From Malacoraja senta (Eukaryota), in the NCBI GenBank assembly GCA_038087875.1, contig CM075999.1:2854001-2918000 (forward strand): a DNA stretch of 64,000 nucleotides, given 5' to 3'. The notes beneath the pieces were generated by a model. That model saw only the letters and a list, made by a program, of their open reading frames with translations, had not been told where the DNA came from and searched no databases. A program made the translations under genes and the position numbers. This document shows, in pieces, positions 1-33,443 of the stretch (position 1 is its first letter; every line of letters starts with the position of its first letter).

Positions 1-469
1 GTTTCCATTGCAGGAGAGCTCTATGACCAACCTCACCATCCCACAACCTGGGTTTGTAGATAAAGCAATGATATTTCTACAGGGTGTTCCTACTGCTGCT
101 CAGTGAGAGAGCGATATCTCTTCCACGGACAGCAAACTATTTATTTGTTAGCTGCTTATTACATGCACTCTAAAGAGGTGCAAGTTTGTAAGTTAATTGG
201 CTTCTGTAAATTGTCCCTAGTGCGTCTGATAGATCTAGTGTATGGGTGATCGCTGGTCGGCACGGACACAGTGGGCCGAAGGGTCTGTTTCAACGCTGTA
301 TCTCTAACCGAGCATTTTACATAGAACGAGATCTTGTCCCATTATATAATGCACTATAATTTCCCGTCCTTGTTTGCTGCCTGGAAACGCTCAAAGCAAT
401 AAAAGCTGATTATATTTGTATAGTAATTACCGGAGATTACTACGATAGATCAATTAGCTTCGACACAGG

Positions 470-1036
470 GCGGCACGGTGGCAGAGCTGCTCCCTTACAG
501 CGCCAGAGACCCGGGTTCGATCCTGACTATGGGTAGTGTCTGTACGGAGTTTGCACGTTAGAAACATAGAAACGTAGAAAATAGGTGCAGGAGTAGGCCA
601 TTCGGCCCTTCAAGTCAGCACCGCCATTCAATATGATCATGGCTGATCATCCAGAATCAGTACCCCGTTCCTGCTTTCCCCCCCCATATCCCTTGATTCC
701 GTTAGCCCAAAGAACTACAGGTATATCCAACTCTCTCTTGAATACATCCAATGAATTGGCATCCACTGCCTTCTGTGGCAGAGAATTCCACAGATTCACA
801 ACTCTCTGGGTGAAAAAGTCTTTCCTCATCTCAGTCCTAAAAATGGCCACGGCCGTTCTTCCCCGTGACCTGCGTGGGTTTTCTCCGGGGTCTCCGGTTT
901 CCTCCCACACTCCAAAGACGTGCAGATTTGTAGGTGTATTGGCTTGGTCTAATTGCAGTGTGTGTGTGTGTGTGTATGGGCATCAGAGCAGACTTGGTGG
1001 GCCGAAGGGCCTGCTTCCGCAATGTATCTCTTAGCT
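470..1036 (+). mobile_element. tRNA-derived V-SINE (HE1-like) interrupted by an antisense CR1 tail (559-846)
   Basis: Head GGCGGCACGGTGGC, B box GGTTCGATCC, V-domain CTCCGGTTTCCTCCCACACTCCAAAGAC, LINE-like tail GGGCCGAAGGGCCTG. Confidence 0.85.
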
Positions 1037-1424
1037 AAAGCATTTTGAACCATCTTAAAATTCCCTATTGTGGCACAGGATATTCACGATTATCTCTGGA
1101 CTCTTGGATTGGAGCTGTCGTTACTGAATGCTGTTGACAGGGCTTATTAATAGAAGTAGGCAAATATATTAATAGCAGGATGCTGCTGTTCAACGTTAAA
1201 TCTTACTGTCTGCTTGTAGAGAAGGAGACTTTCCAATCAGCAGCTCCCCTTATTAGTTGTACCGATTCTGGCAGGAAGCCACATCCCTTCCAATCGGTGT
1301 AACAAGGTACAGATAGAGGCTAATAAAATAAAATGCTTGCTCAAGGTTTAGTTTAGAGATACAGCGCAGAAACAGGCCCATCGGCCCACCGACTCCGCGC
1401 CGACCAGCGATCCCCACACACTAA

Positions 1425-1604
1425 AGCGCCTGTCCCACTTGGGCGACATTTGCATGTCACGCAGGTGGCGCGCGAAGATTTTGTACATCCCAAAATCCTG
1501 GGGCGCCACGCGTGACCGCGTGTCACTGCCTACGTCACCAGGCACCATGGGCGCATCACATTGAAGTCACGACGCGCAAATGACGCCCAAGTGGGACAGG
1601 CCCT
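1425..1604. mobile_element. PIF/Harbinger-type MITE inserted in a V-SINE
   Basis: TIR AG(G/C)GCCTGTCCCACTTGGGCG, TAA target duplication (1422-1424, 1605-1607). Confidence 0.8.
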
Positions 1605-2790
1605 TAACTCTACCCTGCACCCTAGAGGCAATTTACAATTTTACCAAGTCAATTAGCCTTCAAACCTGTACGTCTTTGGAGTGTGGGAAGAAGCCGGAGA
1701 TCCCGGAGAAAACCCACGCAGGTCACGGGGAGAACGTAAAAGCTCCATAAAGCAGCACCCGTAGTCGAGGATCGAACCCGTGTCTCTGTAAGGGAGCAAC
1801 TCTACCGCTGCGCCACCGTGCCTATGTTGAAATATCTTACTCGACCTCGGTTGGATTGTAAGATTTCTCTGCTTGTGTCTATTGTGAGAGGGGCCACGTT
1901 TGAAGGTGATGTTTGGGGCAAGTTTTTTTTACACAGATGGTGGTGGGTGCCTGGAAAGCGTGGCCGGTGATGGAGGCAGATCCAAAAGTGGAGTTTTGGA
2001 GGCTTTTGGATAGGCACATGGATATGTAGGGAGTGGAGGGAGTGGAGGGATGTGGATCAGAAAGAGTTTAGTTTAGGTACACAAAAATGCTGGAGAAACT
2101 CAGCGGGTGCAGCAGCATCTATGGAGCGAAGGAAATAGGCAACATTTCGGGCCGAAACCCTTCATTTTTATAGAGTTTAGTTTAACCTGGCATAATTTTC
2201 GGCACAGATTTTGGAGGCCGAAGGGCCTGTTTCCAAGTTGTATCTCTCTGAGATTCGCAACCAGTAATGTTGATCGAGTAATTTAGACTTTAGAGATACA
2301 ACGTGGAAACAGGCCCTTCGGCCCACTGTGTCCCCGCTGACCAGTGATTACCACCCCCCACCTTCACTAGCACTATCCCACACACTGGGAACGATTTACA
2401 ATTTTACCAAAGCTAATTAGCTGACAAACCTGTGCATCTTTGGAGTGTGGGAGGAAACCGGAGCACCTGGAGAAAACCCACACAGGTCACTGGGAGAACG
2501 TACAAACTCCATACAGACAGCACCCATAGTCAGGATCGAACCCAGGTCTCTGGCGCTGTGAGGCAGCAACTCTACCGCTGCACCACTGTGGCATCTCCGA
2601 TATTTTTAGGGCAGAGATAGATAGAGTCTTGATTAGTACGGGAGTCAAGGATTCTGGGGAGAAGGCAGGAGAATGGGGTTAGGAGGGAGAGATAGATCAG
2701 CCGTGATTGAATGGCAGAGTGTACTTGATGGGCCGAATGGCCTGATTCTGCTCTTATGAACTATGAACTTACCGAGTTATCTCTCCTTAG

Positions 2791-22491
<19,701 letters not shown>

Positions 22492-23059
22492 AAACCTTGG
22501 TGTATCCTGTGCATGGCAATGCCTGTCAGCATTAAACTGATCCATCGCCTGTACCGAACCATCATCAAAATGGGCAAGAAGCAGCCCGGCCACAACCAGG
22601 AAAGGCAAATGGGAATCACACCAAAAGAACACTGCTCAATGCCTGATTACTCCGTAATATTGGTGTTCTATTAGCACTATGACTCGTGAACAATAAGCAC
22701 GCGTAGGTTTTAAAACCTACATCACATTCCTGAGTAATGAAGGAAGTTAACAATACAGCACTATTTATGTCATTGCATTTAGAAGGCATGAATTCTGGGC
22801 GTCGATCCCGAGCAACGAGCTGTATTATTGCGTTCAAACCACTGTGAAAGCATTGAATTCAATGCTGTCTCCAACGAGGAAAGTTTTTACAATCTCTATT
22901 TAATGTATTTTTAAATATAAAAATATTATATAAAAGCACTTCGTAAAATAGGATTGGATGGTTTACGTTGCATTAATTGCTACCCATCTTTGTTACAGAA
23001 TATTTTTTGCTACAAAAAACTGCTGGTTTATCTAATTGAGAATTAATTAAATTTGTATT

Positions 23060-23065
23060 AATAAA
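23060..23065 (+). terminator. Candidate polyadenylation signal of the DCBLD-like gene
   Basis: AATAAA in an AT-rich, repeat-free stretch ~570 nt after the stop, just before repeats resume. Confidence 0.4.
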
Positions 23066-25904
23066 ATGTGATATCTGCATTTCAGTTATACTCTTTCTAT
23101 TGTCAAAATAATGTAATTTGGAATTCTTGAAACCTGAAGCAATATGTTTATGTCTCAATATGAAACGAGGAACAAATGCAAGAGTTTAAGGTGAGGGGGA
23201 AAGATTTACCCCTCGGGTTCCGATTAACTTTTTTACACAAAGGGTGGTGGGTGTATAGAATGAGCTGCCAGTGGAGGTAGTTGAGGCAGGTACTATCATA
23301 ACATTTAAGAGACAGGTATGTGGATAGTGTAGGAAGGAACTGCAGATGCTGGTTTCACTGTTTGTATCCCTTCAGTATCAACACTCCCACAGCCAACAAT
23401 GGAACATTGTGGGCTCCACCATTCCTTGGTCATTGGTGCCGGCACTAAATTGGTTCTGTACCTTTTCATACCACTAGTTACCCTCTCCCCTGACTCTCAG
23501 TCTGAAGAAGGGTCTCGACCTGAAATGTCTCCTATTCATTTTCTCCAGAGATGCTGCTTGACCTGCTGAGTTACTCCAGCATTTAGTCTATCTTGGGTAT
23601 ATGGATGGGACAGGTTTACAGTGTTATGGGCCAAGGTGGGACTAGTGTAGATGGGGCATGTTGGTTGATGTGTGCAAGTTGGACCGAAGGACCAGTTTCC
23701 ACGCTGTATGACTCAATTCGTTTATATGGCTTCTTGACCCTGTTCTGCAATTCAGTACAGTCATGCTCGATTCATTAATATTGGGTCCACCTATCCCTGC
23801 ATATGTTGATAATATATTGATTTTACAGTTTAGTTTGTCACGTGTACCAAGGTACAGTGAAAAGCTTTTTGTTGCGTGCTATCCAGTCAGCGGAAAGACA
23901 ATACATGATTACAATCGCGCCATTTACAGTGTATAAATACATGATAAGGGAATAACATTTAGTTCGTCGAAGCCAGCAAAGTCCGATCAAGGATAATCCG
24001 AGGGTCACCAATGAGGTAGATAGTAGTTCATCATGTGGAAGGATGATTCAGTTTCCTAATAACAGTTGAGAAGAAACTGTCTGTGAATCTAGAGGTGTGT
24101 GTTTTCACACTTCTGGACCTTTTGCCAGAAGGGGGAATGGCCAGGGTGCAACTCGCCATTACCTGTCAAGTTACCTGTCCCTGGCCCATATACATACAAA
24201 CCTTTTCCCATCCTTGTGTCTGTCCAAGTGTCTATTAAGCTCATAACTGGACCTTCCTCAGGCAGCTGGTACCGTACATGCACACCCTCACACATTTAAC
24301 TTTGTTGCTCAGGTTATCTTGGAGAAACTACTGATAAAAGTAAACATTTGGACGTCATCATTTTACAACAAATTATGTTTATTATATAGACAATGCATCA
24401 CACACATTGTAAAGTATTGGGGTAATACAGTCTCAATTACTGTCCTTATAAATAAGCATGTTATACATTACAAGCTATATGGCACCTTTCATCTCCATCC
24501 TCTTCCTCCAATAATACCATGCATGCCATCTTTGTCCGCCAAGCTCTTGTTCTCCCACATTTTCTCTCTCTCATGGATTTTACACAAACCAAAAATGTTT
24601 ATTACCTGGAGCTGGGTAACTAGGCTCTACAAGCCAAGTTAAACTCTAGGCTAATCCTGTTCCCAAAACTGAAAACTAATCTGAGAGCAACAAAAGAATA
24701 AAAAATATGACCCGTTTATTCACCACTTTTCAAGCAGCTATTACAGTTTACACCAGTTACAGAAGCAGCTTTTGTATTATGTGAATATAATGACCTGATT
24801 TTCAGTTTTTTTTAAAGAACCCAAGGTACAGATGTGAGAAATTTGAAGTAAAAATACACACGTCAGGCAGCATATTGTACAGAAAGAAACCGTCAATATT
24901 TCAGCGCAAGAAACTAGAAAAATAAGAAAGCAATTGTATTCCAAGTGGTAGAGAAGAAGAGAGATTAAGAAAATAATGATGTTTAAGAAGGAACTGCAGA
25001 TGCTGGAAAATCGAAGGTAGACAAAAATGCTGGAAACTCAGCGGGTGAGGCAGCATCTATGGAGCGAAGGAAATGGGCAACGTTTCGGGTTGAGACCCTT
25101 CCTCAGACTGATGTGAGGGTGGGGGGGGGGCGGGAAGAAGAAAGGAAGAGGTGGAGCCAGTGGGCTGAGAGAGAGAGCTGAGAAGGAGGAGAAAGTGGGG
25201 ACTACCTAAAATTAGAGAGGTCAATGTTCATACCGCTGGGGTACAAACTGCCCAAGCGAAATATGAGGTGCTGCTCCTCCAATTTCCAGTGGTCATAATG
25301 ATGATGTACATGGTAGTTTTTTTTGTTTTATATCATTGGTTTTGGGAAAAATGAGATGTTCATGGTTGTGTTTGGCTTCAAGAGTAATCCAAAGATCACT
25401 GTGCACGACTGCCTACTTTCCCAATGTTCATGTTTCATTTAAGTATCTACTTATTGACCATTATTCAACTCCCAATGTATGGTGAAGAGATTTTGTACAA
25501 CCTGTACACTGACATTGCAGAGAATTATTGTTACTGGAAATACTTTGTGGGAGAAAGCCTTTATCTGTGTAAAGGCAATGTCCACTGGATACATTCCCTG
25601 CTGTGCTGCTAAAGGCTTGAGATGTTAAAGGCCTGGCCACAAGAGCACTGCAGTTAGTCTCGATGACCTTGGGTAATGAGGTGAAAGTTAGGAAGATTTC
25701 TTTCCCCTGTTATCCATTCATTATTTTAACTGGGTCGTGACCACAGCCAGGAAATAAATGCAAGCAGGTTATCTCTGCTCCCCCTCTGTAATTCCTCCTG
25801 TTTGATCATGTTAGGCTTTGTCCCTATCTATTTTCCATACCTCTTTTCCCCTTGCTCCCCATCCCGGTCATTCCTTGTCTCTGAAGGGATCAAGAGGACA
25901 GTGC

Positions 25905-26452
25905 AAGGGAGAAGGAGGAAGGAAGGGAGAGAGGGAGGGAAGTAGTGGAAGATGGAGGGAGAGAGAATGGAACGGGGGGTGGAAGTAAATGAGAGAGGAG
26001 AGAAGGATGGGAGGGGAGAAGGAAGGGATAGGAAAGAGCAGGAGTGGAAGGAAAAGGGAGGAAGAGAAGGAAAAAAGAGGGAAGGAGAAGGGAGGGGAGG
26101 AAAAGGGAAGAGAGAAAGAAAAGAGGGATAGGAGTGAGAGAAGGAAAAAGGGAGGAAGAGCAGGAAAGAAGGGAGGAAAGGAAAGAGAGAAGGGGAGAGG
26201 AAGGAAGAGAGAAGGAAAGAAAAGAGGGATAGGAGGGAGTGAGAAGGAAGGAAAGAGGGGAGAGAAGGAAAGAGGGAAGGAAGGAAAGAAGAGGGAAGGA
26301 AGGAAAGAAGAGGGAAGGAAGGAAACGGGGAGGGGAAGAAGGAAGAGGAAAGAAAAGAAGGAAGGAGAGGGGGCTGGAGGGAGCGAGAGAAGGAAAGAGG
26401 GAGGGAGTGAGAGGGATAGAAGGAAGGGAAAGTGGGTGGGGGGGGGGAGGAA
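25905..26452. repeat. Polypurine low-complexity tract
   Basis: ~550 nt almost entirely G/A. Confidence 0.9.
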
Positions 26453-26975
26453 GGGCCTCCTCCTCCTCCTCCATCTCGGGCCTCGACCCTTGGGTTCGGG
26501 TTGGCCGGCGGTGCCAAACACTCACAGGGCGGGCGCCGGCGCGAATGTGACGACAACCCACACATTTACCTCAGCGGCGGCGCCGGCGGGTCCGGGCGAG
26601 GCGGCGGCGCCGAGTTTTGGTCGAAAACACCGTCGGTGTCGTCGTGGTGGTGGTGGTGGTGGTGGTGGTGGTGGTGGTAGTGAGCGGACGGCCGGGCCGG
26701 GCCGGGTTGGCGCCGGTGAGGAGCGTTTCCGGTTCCGGCCGCCACGCTGGGCCTGGACGCGCGGGCTGTGAGTGAGTGAGCGAGTGAGCGGGCGGCGGCG
26801 GCGGCGGCCGGCTGAGGGGCTGAGGGGCTGTGAGTGAGAGGACTGTGGGCGGACACTGGGCCGCAGCTGGAGTCGGAGCTGGAGCTGGAGCCGCCGGCAG
26901 CGGCAGCGGCATGGGCCAGTAGCGGCGGCGGCGGCGGCGGCACGGAGCGGCTCGGTGAGTGCCCGGGGGCCGGGG

Positions 26976-27015
<40 letters not shown>

Positions 27016-27130
27016 CTGTGTGTGTGTGTAGGCAGCCCGAGCCGGGCCTCTCGTCCTCCCCGCCCCCGCATCAACACTCCCCTCAGCGACACTCCGCTCC
27101 CTCTCTTCTCCCCCTCCCGCCCCGCATCAA
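26450..27130 (+). promoter_or_regulatory. TAF12: CpG island / TAF12 promoter and non-coding first exon (donor after 26954)
   Basis: The only long, non-repeat CpG-rich segment in the window; GC box GGGCGG, ETS-like TTCCGG twice near 26727-26738, GGC runs; consensus donor CTCG|gtgagt at 26954/26955. Confidence 0.75.
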
Positions 27131-27500
27131 CACCACCCTATCCTCCTCCCTCTTCACTTATCCTTCCCTCCTCCCCTGCTTTCGTCCACTACCCCTCCTC
27201 CTCCTCCTCCTCTCCACAACCCCCTCCACTAGCCCACTCCCCTCCACTACCCCCTCCTCCCCTCCACTACTTCCCTCCTCCCCTCTAGCCCACTCCCCTC
27301 CACTATCCCCTCTAGCCCACTCCCCTCCCCTACCCCCTTCTCCCCTCCCCTACCTCCTTCTCCCCTCCACTACTACCCTCCTCCCCTCCACTATCCCACC
27401 CCACTCCCCTCCCCTACCGCCTCCTCTCCTCCACTACCCCCCCCCTCCCCTCCCCTCCCCTCCCCTCCCCTCCTCAACAGACATCAGCTCTCCTCCTTTC
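27050..27500. repeat. Polypyrimidine low-complexity tract, preceded by (TG)n at 26978-27029
   Basis: C/T-dominated tract with CCCCTCCACTA-like units. Confidence 0.9.
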
Positions 27501-29968
27501 CTAAATTTTCCCCATCTAATAAAAAAAATACTCTGGTCTGCCCAAGGCCACTAAGCCCATGGTGTGGAGGAGGGAAGAAAAAGAGGGAGGAAAGGAGAGA
27601 GAGATAGAGAGAGAGAGACAAGAAGAGGGAGATGGAAGAATAAAGAGGGGGAGATAGAAAGAAAGAGGGGGAGGGGACAGAAAGATAAAGAGGAGGAATG
27701 AAGGAGAGAGAGGAAAAGAGAAAGGGAGCTCTGCTCGCTTTCCTATTCCCCGCTCCTTCACCCTGCGAGCTATCATCTCTCGAGCTTAATTCCCAAAATT
27801 CAATTCCCTTTTGCAGACCCCAAATAATTCCTCTTTAGCCAGATCAGAATTGCTCTCTGTGTTTAATTTTAAAAATCCCCCAAATATATCCACCCCACCC
27901 CCTTACCTTTCAATGGGAACTGCTTCTCACTAATCACTGCATAGAAACCAGTCATGACCTTGTGCATCTGTCAAATCTGTTTTTGACAATCCCAGCTCTT
28001 CTGGTCTATAATACTGTGACCAAAATCTCTGGAATCATTGCAGTAAATCTCTGTACCCTCCCCAGGAACTTTTCAGCCACAGACGGCTGTGGAGGCCAAA
28101 TCTTTGGGTATTTTTAAATCAGAGATTGATGACAGTTACTAGATCAGTAAGGGTTGTCAAAGGTTAATCAGACATGATTGAATGGCGAAGTAGACTCCAT
28201 GGGCCGAATGGCCTAATTTCTGCTCCTGTGACCTATGAACTTGTAACTTCTGTGCCCCATTTGGGTCACTACTCTTTTGGAGAGATGTGAATATCCTGTA
28301 GAGGCTGCAGAAAAGATTTGCAAGAGCGTTTTTTCGGGATTGACACTTGTACCTCTTAACTTTGTCCCACATAGGATTTAAGGCCATTGACCTTCCTCTT
28401 GAGTAGATGTATTATTATTTTTCAGATTTTGCTTAAATAAGGAAATAGGAATGTTATCAAACAAGAATTGTCCTTGTCACGAGAAATACTGGCACATAGA
28501 TTACGCTGGTGCAAGGAGATGGCTCATTAAGCCAAGTTAGGTTTGCCCATTAAATGATAACCTTGTCCACAATGTCCACAGATTGTAAATAAATGTGCAA
28601 CGAAAAAGACTGTAGATACTAGAAATCTGAAATAAAAGCAACATGTTGTTAGTGCCCAAAGCTAGTGAATATCCGTGGACAGAAAATGTGAATTTAACTC
28701 TGGACATGAATTCTTCGTTATCGTGAAGAACCCTAGTTATAGGCTGGCCTATTAATGAAAACTACCTTCAATATCATATCAAATCCTCCATAATTACCAA
28801 TACTGCTTATAAGCACCATATTTTCTTTTTATGTCTTTCTTGATAGGTATAACTATTCAATTCCAGTAAAGAGTTTAAAAAATCTTTTCTGGTCATTTTG
28901 TAGAGGTTTTAAAAATTCCTGGAGCACAGAACTGCATATTGGAGCCCAAATCTTTCAGTATATCTGTGCACTGGTATCAAAGTTGGTGAAGCAGGTCCTT
29001 TGGACCAGTGAATATGCTCTGACCATTTACACAAACCCTATATTTAATCCCTTTTTTATTTTCCTCATCTCCTCCCAGATTATCCTACTCGCCCACAAGC
29101 AGCCACTTACACTGCTAGGAATGCATATGTTAGGGATGAATGTCCCGATGTTCTGATCTACCTCCCTTGCACTTTTATTATCTGCTCTTTCTCTAACATT
29201 ATATTTTGTGTTGATGGGGAGAGCGTGAAAACTCTTCACAGATAGCATCCGAGATCGGAATTGAACCCTGGTCTCTAGCGCTGTGAGGCAGCAGCTCTAC
29301 CAGCTGTGCCACTGTGCCGCTCTACCTAATGTATTTGGGTATAGTATGATTTGCCTGGATAGTACGTAAAGGTTTTCACTGTAGGTCAGAACACATGGCA
29401 GTATTAAACCATTAAAAGTAGCCAGTTAATCTACCAGCCTGCACGTCTGGGAGGCAGCTGGGAAAAACCCCACAGGGTCAGAAGGCAAACGTGTAAACTC
29501 CACACAGACAGTACTCAAGGTCAGGATTGGATTCTGGTTTCTGGAACTGAGGAGCAACAGCTCTACAAGATGCACAGCCACTGTATGCTATGTTCGGTTG
29601 GAGATATAGCAGGTAGAAAGTTCCAAAGCTTATGAACTTGGCAGCAGCGGTGATGAAGCAAGTAAATTCTTGGATGATTAAAAGGCCTGGATTGATGGTA
29701 TATAGAGATCTCAAAATATTGTACATATGATCAAGAGTCAAGAGTGTTTTATTGTCATAGGGGCTAGTGGAATCAATGGATATGGGGAGAAGGCAGGCAC
29801 GGGTTATTGATTGGGGACGATCAGCCATGATCACAATGAATGGCGGTACTGGCTCGAAGGGCCAAATGGCCTTTTCCTCCGCCTGTTTTCTATGTTTCTA
29901 TGTCCCGAAACGGAACAATTAAATTCTTACTTGCTGCAGTACAACAGATATGTAAACATAGTACTCGT

Positions 29969-31643
29969 AGACAGAAAATGCTGGAGTAACAGTGGGACAG
30001 GCAGCATCTCTGGATAGAAGAATTGGGTGATGTTTCGGGTCGAGACCCTTCTTCAGACTGAATCGGGAGAGGGAGATGCAGAGATATGGAAATGTAAGGT
30101 GTGAAAACGAGGCAAAGGGGATAGTGATCAAGGAAAATGTCGAATAGATCATTGATAGTAAGGAGAAGGTAACAACAAAGCAAACAGATCAAATGTAAAC
30201 GAGGACAATCAGACTAGTCGGAGACTGGGATGGGGGAGGAATGGAGAGAGAGGGGAGGCAACGGTTACTTGAAGTTGGAGAAGTCAATATTCATACCACT
30301 GGGATGTAAGCTGCCCCAGGGAAATATGAGATGTTGTTACGTCGAACAATGCCTGTTCCAGGTGTACTCCGGCCCTATCCCAAAACTCTCCGCTACCTTG
30401 ACAACTACATCGGTGCTACCTCCTGCACCCATGCAGAACTCAAACTTCATTAACTTTACTGGTAATTTCCGTCCTGCACTCAAATTTACTTGGACTGACA
30501 TCTCCCTACCGTTTCTTGATCTCACCGTCTCCATCACAGGAGAGAGACTATCGACCGACATTTATTATAAACCCACTGACTCCCACAGCTATCTAGACTA
30601 CACTTCTTCCCACCCTGTTTCCTGTAGAGACTCTATCCCCTACTCCCAATTCCTCCGTCTACGCTGCATCTGCACCCAAGATGAGGTGCTCCATACCAGG
30701 ACATCTGAGATGTCTTCATTCTTTAGGGAACAGTGGGTTCCCCTCATCCATCATAGATGAGGCCCTCACTAGGGTCTCCTTGATATCCCGCAGCTCTGCT
30801 CTTACTCCTCCTCTCCCCCCCCCCCCCCCCCAGTCGCAACAGCGTGAGATTCTACCTAGTCCTCACCTATCACCCCATCAGCTGTCACATACAGCACATC
30901 ATCCTCTGGCATTTTTTGCCATTTCCCACAGGATCCCACCACTAGCCACATCTTCCCATCTCCACCCCTTTCCACTTTCCACTTTCCCTCCGCAACTCCC
31001 TGGATTACTCGTCCCTTCCCACACCCTCCCCAGATACCTTTCCCTGCAAGTACCGGAGATGCAACACCTGTCCCTATACCTCCCCCCTCGACTCCATCCA
31101 AGGACCCCAACAGTCTTTTCAGGTGAGGCAGAGGTTCATTGTACCTTCTCCAACCTCATCTACTGTATCCCCTGTTCCAGGCTCGGCGATTGATTCGCTG
31201 AACACCTCCGCTCAGTCCGCCTAAACCTACCTGATCTCCCGGTTGCTAAACACTTTAACTCCCCCTCCCATTCCCATACTGACCTTTCTGTCCTGGGCCT
31301 CCTCCATTGTCAGAGCGCAAAATGGAGGAACAACACCTCATATTTCGCTTGGGCAGCTTACACCCCAGCGTTATGAATATTGACTTCTCGAACTTGAAGT
31401 AACCTTTGCCTTCCCTCTCTCCATCCCTTCCCAGTTCTCTGACTAGTCTGACTGTCCTTGTTTACATATTATCTCTGTTTGCTTTGTGGTTACCTTCTCC
31501 TAGCTATCAATGATCTATTTTGACATTTCCCTTGAACTCCGGCTCATTTTCACACCTTGCATTTCCTTATCTCTGTATCTCCCTCTCCCCTGATTCATTC
31601 CTTCCATCTAGAGATGCTGCCTGTCGTGCTGAGTTACTCCAGT
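29969..31643 (+). mobile_element. Penelope-like retroelement, 5'-truncated, preceded by an inverted copy of its own 3' end
   Basis: RT C-terminal motif LPFLDLTVSI...TDIYYKPTDSHSYLDYTSSHP...SIPYSQFLRLRCIC and start of GIY-YIG (NLIYCIPCSR). 29969-30337 is the reverse complement of the element's 3' region (~31325-31640), the typical inverted pseudo-LTR arrangement. Confidence 0.88.
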
Positions 31644-32405
31644 AGTGTGTGGGTGTGAGGCAAATAAATAGACAATAATAGTGCAAACAAACAATGTCCT
31701 CACTTCTATATAGTTCAGAGCCTATTGGAGGTTGTAGTACTTAGCCTGAGTAGGGAAGAAGCTGCTCCTGAACCTGGACATTACAGTTTTCAGGCTTAGA
31801 GTGATAAACTGTTTATTTTAACCATGGAATATTTTTGCCCATAAATCTGCATGTGCTCCATGTCATCCTTGCATTATTTAAAAATTAACATTCAGGAAGT
31901 TTTGTAGCAGAGGGTGTGTTTTACTGGAATAGCATTTCAAAGCCGTGGATGATTATTCTTTGGACAGAAATTCAAAGCTGATGAATTTAATTTCATTTAA
32001 TTAAATAACCAGAATATAAATTAACTGCAGTGACCATGAAAGCCTACAGATTTTCATTTTAAAAGCATCATATTCAGGAGTTTCCTTCAATGAAAGAATG
32101 GGACCCTTTGCAGGTCTTTGCTCTTGAATGGTTTCAGACCCAAGCATTCCAATGATTCCTCACGGACCTCTGAAATTGCCCAAAGTTATATCAAATAAAC
32201 ACCCTGGCACTTAGATTACAGTAGCACAAGAACATGGCTCAATGAGCCTAGTTAGGTATGACCATTTAATGATACCCTTGCAGATAAATCCGGTAAATGA
32301 ATGTTCAGAGAAAAAGACTGCAGATGCCAGATATTTGAAACAAAAGCAGCATTTTGCTAATACCCAGAGGCCAGTGAACATCTGTCGGCAGAAGAGAGAA
32401 GTTAA

Positions 32406-32547
32406 AGGGCCTGTCCAACTTGGGTGTCATTTGCGCGTCACGCAGGTGGCGCGCAAAGATTTTGTGAATCCCAAAATCCTGGGGCGCCACGTGCGTCATG
32501 ACGCGTAAATGATGACGCGCAACTGACGCCCAAGTGGGACAGACCCA
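32406..32547. mobile_element. PIF/Harbinger-type MITE, internally deleted relative of 1425-1604
   Basis: Same TIR and interior, TAA on both flanks. Confidence 0.8.
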
Positions 32548-32687
32548 TAACACTTCACATGTGGATCCTTGGTTATGTGATGTGAGATATCTCTATAGAA
32601 GGTATTATAATTCCACTTGATTCTTAGAGGTTCAGATTTTAATTGAATTTCAATTTTATATTTAGTCCATCCTTCCAAACAGGATAT

Positions 32688-33443
32688 TCTGAATGGTGAC
32701 CGATTAGGAAAAGGGGAGATGCAACGAGACCTGGGTGTCATGGTACACCAGTCATTAAAAGTAGGCATGCAGGTGCAGCAGGCAGTGAAGAAGGCGAATG
32801 GTATGTTAGCATTCATAGTAAAGGATTTGAGTATAGGAGCAGGGAGGTTCTACTGCAGTTGTACAGGGTCTTGGTGAGACCACACCTGGAGTATTGCGTA
32901 CAGTTTTGGTCTCCTAATCTGAGGAAAGACATTCTTGCCATAGAGGGAGTACAGAGAAGGTTCACCAGACTGATTCCTAGGATGTCAGGACTTTCATATG
33001 AAGAAAGACTGGATAGACTCGGTTTGTACTCGCTAGAATTTAGAAGATTGACGGGGGATCTTATAGAAACTTACAAAATTCTTAAGGGGTTGGACAGGCT
33101 AGATGCAGGAAGATTGTTCCCGATGTTGGGGAAGTCCAGAACAAGGGGTCACAGTTTAAGGATAAGGGGGAAATCTTTTAGGACCGAGATGAGGAAAACA
33201 TTTTTCTCACAGAGAGTGGTGAATCTCTGGAATTCTCTGCCACAGAAGGTAGTTGAGGCCAGTTCATTGGCTATATTTAAGAGGGAGTTAGATGTGGCCC
33301 TTGTGGCTAAAGGGATCAGGGGGTATGGAGAGAAAGCAGGTACAGGATACTGTGTTGGATGATCAGCCATGATCATATTGAATGGCGGTGCAGGCTCGAA
33401 GGGCCGATTGGCCTACTCCTGCACCTATTTTCTATGTTTCTAT
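32688..33443 (+). mobile_element. CR1/HER1-like LINE 3' fragment
   Basis: ORF 32859-33362 has the CR1 RT C-terminal motifs; near-identical to 10641-11393. Confidence 0.9.

Noticed and set aside
83..140. Possible short DCBLD exon (SVRERYLFHG resembles the post-LCCL linker)
   Set aside because: An acceptor-like AG is present but there is no suitable donor or phase; it cannot be supported.
470..530. tRNA-like A/B boxes
   Set aside because: These are SINE heads repeated many times, not cloverleaf tRNA genes.
22492..22740. Possible decayed continuation of the DCBLD-like tail beyond the stop
   Set aside because: Stops occur in all frames and no clear YxxP motif is recoverable; deciding would need an orthologue alignment.
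25828..27554. Long ORFs (245, 260, 223, 199, 173 and 125 aa, including a poly-His stretch)
   Set aside because: They are translations of purine/pyrimidine tracts, microsatellites and the CpG island, which lack stop codons by composition; no domain signal.
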